The notes under the pieces are model-generated. The model did not search any database, was not told the DNA's origin, and saw only the letters and a program-made list of their open reading frames with translations. Shown piece after piece: positions 7,518 through 14,629 of a stretch of 15,675 bases of DNA; position 1 is the stretch's first letter, and every line of letters starts with the position of its first letter. The DNA lies in the NCBI GenBank assembly GCA_048882385.1, contig JBHLRQ010000077.1, positions 1 through 15,675 on the forward strand, written 5' to 3'. Source of the DNA: Candidatus Thorarchaeota archaeon (GTDB lineage Archaea > Asgardarchaeota > Thorarchaeia > Thorarchaeales > Thorarchaeaceae). The position numbers and the translations under genes are program-made.

Positions 7518-8378
7518 TCAATTAGAATTGCTACTGATAAAAGCAAATCTTTGATTGGGATAGTCAAGAAGGAGCTCATAATTCTTCAAGAAAGGATATC
7601 CAACAATACCATAATCGATCTTCTTTCCTGTGGGTGAAATCATTTTGAGGTCAATGACTCCAAGCATGATGTTGTTTTGAACTGCTCCACCAATTGATAG
7701 ACTATCAACGATTGTGGCATATCCCATAGCTTTTCCTCCAATCCCCACACATTCACCACCTGAACAACCAGATGGACTTGGAGTACCTTCAGGAAGTTCC
7801 TCTGAAAGGCCGATGGTCTCAGCTAATTTTGGTGTTATAACATTTCCACTGGAACCGGTATCAAGAATTAGATCGTAGGGACCTTCACCATTGATGAAGA
7901 CAGGCACACCAACAAGATGTGCATTTTCTATGTATTTGAAATTAGTCCAATCGATTCCATCAGAAACAGTCTTGCCATTTTCTTTCTGCATTGAAAGAGT
8001 CAATGTACTATAGTCAATAGAAATACGATAGTCTTTGAGAATATCATGACCAATAACGCCTCCCGTAAAGCATCCAACTCCTTTGAATACAGAATCGAAA
8101 TCAAGCACCTTCATTTCCATGTTCAGTGATACTTCATCTCCTATTGAAAACTCTGAAACCATGGCATTCCATATAGGCACAGGTGATCCACCAGCTCCGT
8201 GGGCATGTTTCTTTTCACCAGAGTAAATTTCAATCCCCAATCGTTCTGCTAGTGACTTAGATATGGTTGTGTAACTAGCACCAGTATCAAATGTAAAGTC
8301 AATTGGGCCTGTTCCGTTCAACATTACAGGCACATGAACATGTCCTGAAGCTGGATCAATCTTGAATTTTAATTTCAT
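7518..8378 (-). CDS. Twin-domain retropepsin-like (clan AA) aspartic protease
   Basis: Two repeats, each with VPVxxNGxGP, D-T-G (FTFDTGAS at D31; LILDTGSS at D173) and a downstream G-hydrophobic-hydrophobic-G motif (GVIGHDIL; GIVGYPFL). No signal peptide. Confidence 0.92.
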   Translation of the reverse strand: MKLKFKIDPASGHVHVPVMLNGTGPIDFTFDTGASYTTISKSLAERLGIEIYSGEKKHAHGAGGSPVPIWNAMVSEFSIGDEVSLNMEMKVLDFDSVFKGVGCFTGGVIGHDILKDYRISIDYSTLTLSMQKENGKTVSDGIDWTNFKYIENAHLVGVPVFINGEGPYDLILDTGSSGNVITPKLAETIGLSEELPEGTPSPSGCSGGECVGIGGKAMGYATIVDSLSIGGAVQNNIMLGVIDLKMISPTGKKIDYGIVGYPFLKNYELLLDYPNQRFAFISSNSN

Positions 8379-8400
8379 TTTTAACCACTCGTTTTTAACC

Positions 8401-8444
8401 TATCTCACTTGTGAGATATGATAACCTGTCTCATGCGTGAGATA
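8401..8444. promoter_or_regulatory. Two tandem palindromic operators: TATCTCAC-TT-GTGAGATA (8401-8418) and TGTCTCAT-GC-GTGAGATA (8427-8444)
   Basis: The first is a perfect 8-bp inverted repeat with a 2-nt spacer; the second is near-perfect. Both lie in a 24-bp direct repeat (8396-8419 and 8422-8445, 20/24 identical). Confidence 0.85.
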
Positions 8445-8461
8445 TATTAATGTTGGTTTTT
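8443..8461 (-). promoter_or_regulatory. Archaeal TATA box (TTAATATA) with A-rich BRE-like element for the aspartic protease gene
   Basis: Minus strand reads aaaaaccaaca-TTAATATA-tctcac..., ~65 bp upstream of the ATG at 8378. Confidence 0.6.
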
Positions 8462-8488
8462 GAGCAGGAAATTCAAGGACTATCCCAT

Positions 8489-10573
8489 TTAGCAATTTGA
8501 TGTTATGAAGACATACCAGCCGAAGGTTCCAGGTATTGGATCGGAGCAGACATAACCGAATCCATATGCATGGTCATTGACAGGATCATCCTGCTGAGGA
8601 TTCAAGGGATTTGATGATTTTGATGCATAGAATACAGCTGAAAGGATATCACTACCCTCAGTTTCAGCGCATGCTCTGAACCACGCATCCTTTATTGTAA
8701 GAGCGGGTGAAGCTCCGAATCCAGTCATATAAGTCCCGAATTTTGTGCCTCTCGTCCGAGCATTATGACTAGTCGTACTAAATCCACATACCATGTGGAT
8801 TCCCTGCAAAGTATCAGCCCAGCGCTCAAACACATTGTGTCCTGTGCTATTTTCCCAAGCTAGTGGACTGCAGGCATCAATGGCAATTGTGTCTAAATCT
8901 CCATCACCCCATCTACATTCCCTAAAGAGAAGTGATTTGTCGTCATTGTTCGTTCTGAATGTTACTCCATCAGGACCTCCATGATCCTGATAGTAAACGA
9001 AATCAACAGCATCAACCCATTCGCTATCTGTCCCACCATAGGCTTCATCTTTGAAATCCTCTTCCCAAGCACTATATTCTCCCCAGTTGAACTCTTGACT
9101 GTATCCTCCCATAACTCCCATCCAGCTATAGAAGCCTTCTATGTTTGTCTCTGTATTCCATAATGGTTTCCAGACAGATATTCCACACCATTCTATACCT
9201 ACCTCTTTGACACCATCATCGTATGCGCCTGTTGGTGCACTTGGACTAAACACTCTGTTATCATGAAGGTCATTAGTGGCGTCCACAATTGGCATTATTG
9301 TGAAAGCTGAAAGGAGCATAGAAAACACAATTAGAAACAACATCAAAACCATGGCTCCTCGTCGCTTTAAAAGAAGAATAGCTGCACCAACAACCACGAT
9401 AAGTGAACCAGCTGCGATTGCTATGGTCAGAGTTGTTGGGAATGTACTGATTGTACCTGCTTCGATAAAGACGGCAATATAGTCCATGCACCATCTATCA
9501 AGGGAGTCTTTGACTCGAACATGAATAGTATGTGGAACTGGTACTCCTTTTTTGTCAACTATTGTAAGTGAGCTTGTGGAAAAATTCTGAGCGACTGATA
9601 GTAATCCGTCAAAGTCAGAATACCAGTAGTAAACAAAAGGTCCTAGTCCATTAGTAACGACACACTCGAATGTAATGTCTTCATATTGTGTGAATGTAAG
9701 GTAGTGGCCTGGCGAAACAATCTCGACCTCCGGATCTATCAGAAAGGCGGCTATTTGAATAATCTGGAAGATATCCTCTCCATCATCAGCATCATTGATA
9801 ACCAGCTCATAATAGGGCTTGAGGAGATTGGATTCGTCTGATGATTCTGCATAATACACTAGTTCATGATTAACAACATCATCAGGAGAAAGACCATAGT
9901 GTTCGAGAATTGAGTCGTATTCGATGATAGGTTCTGTTGCATATGGTTCTGCCTTTAGTTCACGATGATTCCAGTTGAATCCAGCAATCTCTCCTCCCTC
10001 ACCAATCATTACTGTAATCTGTTCTCCAGGACCCTTTACGGGATTTTCACCAAGGAACATCTCGTAGTTCACATGCCACTGAATGACTTTGGTATTTGAA
10101 CCCCCAGCATCTATATTCCAAGCTGTCACGTTTGTTGAACCCATATTTACGAAGACGTAATTTGGAGGACGTAGTCCCTTTTCGTCAAGCCAAGCGTCTG
10201 CTTGATCTCTACATGCAGTTGGTGTAGGTACTGCTATTCCTAGTGCAATATTATATAGAAGGTCATAATCTGCAAACCACATCGACCCATCCCGAGAATC
10301 CATCTCGAAAGTCTTGTTTCCAGACCTCACTACATATTTTCCCTCAACATCCTGAGCGGATGAATCTCGAAATCCAAAGAGAGCATACGCCATGTCTTCA
10401 GCATACGTTAGATTCACTTCAGGGGGAATAATCTCGTAGACTGGCATCTCCACCTGTGAAAGAACGAAATCTGGTTTCTCAATCGTCACTGTGCTATGAG
10501 TTGTTGCAGTTTCACTAGAAACTGAAAATACCATCAAAAGCATTACTATAATTAGAATCGCATCCCGCTTCAA
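8489..10573 (-). CDS. Exported/membrane-anchored multidomain protein: signal peptide, uncharacterised N-domain, Ig/PKD-like domain, TM-KRR-TM hairpin, C-terminal DUF6345-like domain with His-Cys dyad (putative clan CD cysteine peptidase)
   Basis: N-terminal MKRD plus hydrophobic stretch; PKD-like PEVEIVSP...YYWYSDFDG...HTIHVRVKDS; TM aa ~381-402 followed by KRR; second hydrophobic stretch aa 408-430; C-domain with AWEEDFKD...VDAVDFVYYQDHGG (H531), WGDGDL, IAIDACS (C568). The DUF6345 assignment is from recalled motif resemblance, not a search. Confidence 0.75.
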   Translation of the reverse strand: MKRDAILIIVMLLMVFSVSSETATTHSTVTIEKPDFVLSQVEMPVYEIIPPEVNLTYAEDMAYALFGFRDSSAQDVEGKYVVRSGNKTFEMDSRDGSMWFADYDLLYNIALGIAVPTPTACRDQADAWLDEKGLRPPNYVFVNMGSTNVTAWNIDAGGSNTKVIQWHVNYEMFLGENPVKGPGEQITVMIGEGGEIAGFNWNHRELKAEPYATEPIIEYDSILEHYGLSPDDVVNHELVYYAESSDESNLLKPYYELVINDADDGEDIFQIIQIAAFLIDPEVEIVSPGHYLTFTQYEDITFECVVTNGLGPFVYYWYSDFDGLLSVAQNFSTSSLTIVDKKGVPVPHTIHVRVKDSLDRWCMDYIAVFIEAGTISTFPTTLTIAIAAGSLIVVVGAAILLLKRRGAMVLMLFLIVFSMLLSAFTIMPIVDATNDLHDNRVFSPSAPTGAYDDGVKEVGIEWCGISVWKPLWNTETNIEGFYSWMGVMGGYSQEFNWGEYSAWEEDFKDEAYGGTDSEWVDAVDFVYYQDHGGPDGVTFRTNNDDKSLLFRECRWGDGDLDTIAIDACSPLAWENSTGHNVFERWADTLQGIHMVCGFSTTSHNARTRGTKFGTYMTGFGASPALTIKDAWFRACAETEGSDILSAVFYASKSSNPLNPQQDDPVNDHAYGFGYVCSDPIPGTFGWYVFITSNC

Positions 10574-10709
10574 GGGTTCAACCTTCCCTATATGTCACGC
10601 TGCAGTTACTCCTATCCCTATAATAGGAGGTTTCCAATAGTAGACCGCACCTAAAAGTTTCTCTGATATTTGTTCAAGTCAATAGAAAAATTGAAACACA
10701 TCTGAGCGA

Positions 10710-10946
10710 ATGTATCTACAGGAGAAAAATTGTGTGACTCGTAGGATGTTGTTTTCTGGAGATGCAGAGGCACTTGATTCAACTTTTAGAGCTCGTGAGA
10801 TACCCATTCTGATTACACCCGTCAAAGTTATTCGAACGCAGAACAGAAACGAAATCCATGCTCCTCTGGCATATGTTATGAAATCCAAGTTGCTTGAATT
10901 CAAACGTAGGATCTCAGGAATTATTCAGAGTTTTTCAATTTCTTGA
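10710..10946 (+). pseudogene. Probable remnant of a paralog of the downstream membrane protein (C-terminal tail only)
   Basis: QNRNEIHAPLAYVMKSKLLEFKRRISG (10839-10919) aligns ungapped with IQRDRIQIPFLYVIKSKFSSFMRRISG (12344-12424) at 14/27 aa identity. Confidence 0.55.
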
Positions 10947-11254
10947 TAGAAATTGATACAGTCCAATAAAAGATGTAGTATACCCAATCAAAATGATGAA
11001 GGGATCTGTGTAAAAACTCTTCTTCATAGCACTCGGTATGTACTTTGTTAGCGCAGCATTGATCACATACTCAATAGATTCTCAAAGTTTGTGTGGCTGT
11101 TTTGGTTGATTCCATTCTTCTCACCTATGATTACAGTTATGCTCCATGAGGGTTCAATTTGGATCAATCGGAGTAGCCTTTAGTCGTCCGAATATAGTCA
11201 ACCGAGAGAATTATTAGGAGTGATAAATTAACTATAGAAAATAGATGTGATGAT

Positions 11255-12460
11255 TTGCAGATACGTGAGAGAGAAATCAACATTAGATTTTGGATTGTAC
11301 TAGCCTGTACAATTATGGTTCTAATGCTTCTACCCCTCTCCTATTCTGACTTTCAAGAAACAGATTATTTCAGCTTTGAATACAGAAGTGTATTATTCAC
11401 ATACTATCACTATACTGACTTAGTTAGTCCCGAACTAAGTTTTGCTAACCTGACTAGACTCTTTGCGGCTATTTTCATATGCATTCCTGCGGCATATATG
11501 AATCGCAAGCTAGCAAAATCACCTATGAAAAGTCTAGACCCAGGAACAGGCCTATCCGTATTATTGGGGACAATCGTGTTGGCTACGTATTTTTCGAACA
11601 GGTTTCCTCCTTGGGAACTAACATGGTTATTTGATCCAGGATTTTATTGGGCATATATTTGGGATCTGGATAAATTCGGATTACTGATTGTTACATTTCT
11701 AATTATCGTACCGATAATAATCAGAGAAACGAAAATTGTGTGGGATTTTCGGAAGGGTCCAAATGAAACGATTGATGGTATTAATACAAACCAAAAGAAA
11801 GTCCTTGAAAGCCCTGAAAATGGATTGTCATATAGATATTTGATTCTTGGAATCTTATTTGGTTTGATAGCTGTCGTGATTCCAAATCAAATCTATATCT
11901 CCGAACTTGGATCTCTACCACCTCCCAATAATTCCTTCTCAATTGATGGAGCTACCCTTTTCTTTCATTTTGGGATTAGAAATCAACCCATACCATATAA
12001 CATGCTAGATATTGTCTTTAGAATTGAATCTCCCATAGATATGCTTAATCAACTTCCATATGCTGGATTCCAGTTACTCATTATTTTTGGTCTTCTCCAA
12101 TATCTTCGCGGGAACATAACCAAGATGAGAATCTTGATTCTGGGTGTTCTGAGTCTAGTTGTCCCATATGCCTATCGAGCATCTGCAAATATTGTATATA
12201 ACGTAGGAGAAGAGTATATCATACCAATTCCAGTGGTTCTTCTTATTGGGATTCTAGTTTTAAAAATCGCAAAACCAATTGATATAACCCTCCTATCTCA
12301 AAAGAAATCCATCTTAGAAATGACCAAGAGCTCGATTCCACCAATACAAAGAGATAGAATTCAGATTCCGTTTCTATATGTAATCAAATCCAAGTTCTCC
12401 TCCTTTATGAGAAGAATATCCGGAAAAACCACATCAATAAAAACAACGGACAGAAACTGA
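11255..12460 (+). CDS. Hypothetical polytopic membrane protein (~8 TM, apparent two-fold internal repeat)
   Basis: 401-aa ORF, TTG start, about eight hydrophobic segments, basic cytoplasmic tail; visibly more AT-rich than the metabolic genes. Confidence 0.75.
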   Translation: MQIREREINIRFWIVLACTIMVLMLLPLSYSDFQETDYFSFEYRSVLFTYYHYTDLVSPELSFANLTRLFAAIFICIPAAYMNRKLAKSPMKSLDPGTGLSVLLGTIVLATYFSNRFPPWELTWLFDPGFYWAYIWDLDKFGLLIVTFLIIVPIIIRETKIVWDFRKGPNETIDGINTNQKKVLESPENGLSYRYLILGILFGLIAVVIPNQIYISELGSLPPPNNSFSIDGATLFFHFGIRNQPIPYNMLDIVFRIESPIDMLNQLPYAGFQLLIIFGLLQYLRGNITKMRILILGVLSLVVPYAYRASANIVYNVGEEYIIPIPVVLLIGILVLKIAKPIDITLLSQKKSILEMTKSSIPPIQRDRIQIPFLYVIKSKFSSFMRRISGKTTSIKTTDRN

Positions 12461-12536
12461 TGGGATGCTCATGTGTTTTCAATAGCAATTCTAATCCGAA
12501 AGAGAATAATCATTGTTTTACTTGGAAATTCTTACA

Positions 12537-14570
12537 ATGTCAACAGATCCTTCTTACCTAGATGAGAAAACGGAAATTGAGAATCGGGTGTCAGACCTTC
12601 TCTCAAGACTCACTTTGAAAGAAAAGTTCATGCTTCTCACCAGTCATGGTAGATTACGGTTGTATTCCACCAATCCCATCAAACGATTAAGTATACCCTC
12701 ATTCAAAATGACAGATGGACCCTTAGGAGCAGCTATGCATTCCAGTGGTTTCAAAAAAAATACAAGATTCCCAGCTACCGTATCTCTTGCTGCATCATGG
12801 AATAGAAAGCTGATGGAAGAAATCGGGACTGCAATGGGTCGAGAAGTTCGAGCTTTGAGTCGCCATATCTTATTGGCTCCAGGAGTTAACATTGCTCGAA
12901 CACCATTAAATGGAAGAACCTTTGAGTATTTCAGTGAGGATCCATTCCTGACAAAGGAGCTGGCTATTCCCTTTGTCAAAGGCGTCCAAAGCCAAAGAAT
13001 CAGTGCGTGTATGAAACATTATGCAGCAAACAACCAAGAAAGAGACCGTAGATCTTCAAGCTCCGAGGTTGATGAAAGAACACTCCATGAGATATACCTA
13101 CGTGCATTTAGGGCTGTTGTAAAAGAAGCAGAACCATGGTCATTTATGACTTGCTACAACAAGGTCAATGGAGTTTATGGAAGTGAGAGTGACTATCTAT
13201 TGCAGAAGACACTCTTCGACAAATGGGGATATAATGGACTTGTGATGACAGATTGGCTTGCATCGAGAAAAGCCACGTCTACTGAAAGTTGCATAAATGC
13301 AGGACTCACCCTTGAGATGCCTTGGCCAAATAGATACAAGACGAAGAAACTTCAGGATGCATTCGATAGAGGTCTGTTCACAGAGGAAACACTTGATGAC
13401 CGAGTTCGAAGAAACATTCGAGTAATGATGTTAACAGGTCTGTTTGATAGTTCTGAAACGCTTCCGGAGAGTGCTCGCAATACTGTGGAACATCAAGACC
13501 TAGTTCGAAGAACTGCGGAAGAAGGAATGGTTTTACTAAAGAATGAGGGGGACTTTCTACCCTTAAATATCGAGCAATTGAGATCAATCAGTCTACATGG
13601 CAAGAATCTGAAAAAGAAATTTGGAAGACTTGGATACGGAGGTTCATCTGCTGTAAGTCCCCCGTATGAGGTGACTCCACTTCAAGGGATGACACATAAG
13701 TGTAAAGACAAGGTTGGTTTGCATATTGGTGGTTTAGATGCAGATGTAGCAATCGTATTTGCTGGTCTGAATCATGGACGAGGTGGAGATTCTGAATCAA
13801 TGGACAGGAGTTCTTTGCATATTGATGAAACGCAGGTCATTAAGATCAAAAATGTCGCGAACAACCATGACAAAACAATAGTCTGCTTGATAGCTGGAAG
13901 TCCAATTGCAATGGTTGAATGGATCGATGAAGTAGAGTCTGTCCTGATGTGTTGGTATGGGGGAATGGAATCAGGAAATGCGATTGCCAATGTTATATTC
14001 GGTGATACAAATCCATCTGGCAAGTTACCATTGACTTTTCCAAGACACTTAGAGGATTCTCCAGCTCATAGTACAGGAAATCCAAGAAATTATCCTGGTG
14101 ATGAAGAGAAGAGAATCTTCTACGATGAGGGAATCTATATCGGATATCGTTGGTTCGATGCTAAGGAGATTGAACCACTCTTTCCGTTTGGGTTTGGACT
14201 ATCCTATACTGAATTTGATTATGGATCAATTCACCTAAACAGAGATACACTCGGAAAACCACAAGAAGCATTGGCGGTTGAAATTGAAGTGACAAATGTT
14301 GGAGAACTCCCAGGTTCCGAAATAGTCCAAGTCTATTCGCACGATATTGAAGCATCAGTTGATAGACCTCCTAGAGAGCTTGTAGGTTTTGAAAAATCAC
14401 ATTTGGAACCAGGTGAGAGCAAGACTGTAGAAGTCACAGTAAAAGCAGAAGACCTAGCATACTACGATAGTTCAAAGCATGATTGGATGATAGAACCAGG
14501 AGATTTCAAACTCTTAGTCGGGAAGTCTTCAAGAAAAATAATACATCAGGCTGATTTGACTTATGGCTAA
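12537..14570 (+). CDS. Glycoside hydrolase family 3 (beta-glucosidase/BglX-like) with C-terminal Fn3-like domain, cytoplasmic
   Basis: DGPLG, LAPGVNIARTPLNGRTFEYFSEDP, KHYAAN, GLVMTDW (nucleophile Asp), VLLKNE, NPSGKLPLTF, PLFPFGFGLSYT, EIVQVY, ELVGFEK. Start placed at ATG 12537; the ORF track extends to TTG 12513. Confidence 0.96.
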   Translation: MSTDPSYLDEKTEIENRVSDLLSRLTLKEKFMLLTSHGRLRLYSTNPIKRLSIPSFKMTDGPLGAAMHSSGFKKNTRFPATVSLAASWNRKLMEEIGTAMGREVRALSRHILLAPGVNIARTPLNGRTFEYFSEDPFLTKELAIPFVKGVQSQRISACMKHYAANNQERDRRSSSSEVDERTLHEIYLRAFRAVVKEAEPWSFMTCYNKVNGVYGSESDYLLQKTLFDKWGYNGLVMTDWLASRKATSTESCINAGLTLEMPWPNRYKTKKLQDAFDRGLFTEETLDDRVRRNIRVMMLTGLFDSSETLPESARNTVEHQDLVRRTAEEGMVLLKNEGDFLPLNIEQLRSISLHGKNLKKKFGRLGYGGSSAVSPPYEVTPLQGMTHKCKDKVGLHIGGLDADVAIVFAGLNHGRGGDSESMDRSSLHIDETQVIKIKNVANNHDKTIVCLIAGSPIAMVEWIDEVESVLMCWYGGMESGNAIANVIFGDTNPSGKLPLTFPRHLEDSPAHSTGNPRNYPGDEEKRIFYDEGIYIGYRWFDAKEIEPLFPFGFGLSYTEFDYGSIHLNRDTLGKPQEALAVEIEVTNVGELPGSEIVQVYSHDIEASVDRPPRELVGFEKSHLEPGESKTVEVTVKAEDLAYYDSSKHDWMIEPGDFKLLVGKSSRKIIHQADLTYG

Positions 14571-14576
14571 TATAGT

Positions 14577-14606
14577 TTGAAAAGATATTATAAGTAGGCT
14601 TTTCAA
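14577..14606. promoter_or_regulatory. 8-bp inverted repeat (ttgaaaag N14 cttttcaa) enclosing a TATA-like ATTATAAG upstream of the MFS gene
   Basis: 14577-14584 is the exact reverse complement of 14599-14606. It lies 7 bp after the GH3 stop and ~25 bp before the MFS start. Confidence 0.45.
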
Positions 14607-14629
14607 TCGATTGCATCAGGGTCTTCTCT

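Noticed and set aside
7518-8378. Retropepsin as a sign of a retroelement or provirus
   Set aside because: No reverse transcriptase, integrase, capsid gene or terminal repeats in the window; cellular retropepsin-like proteases are common.
8396-8445. 24-bp direct repeat considered as a mini-CRISPR or transposon end
   Set aside because: Only two units separated by 2 bp, no spacers, and no cas or transposase gene; better explained as tandem operators.
10679-10903. 74-aa minus-strand ORF
   Set aside because: The opposite strand carries the detectable homology to the 11255-12460 protein; this frame has no support.
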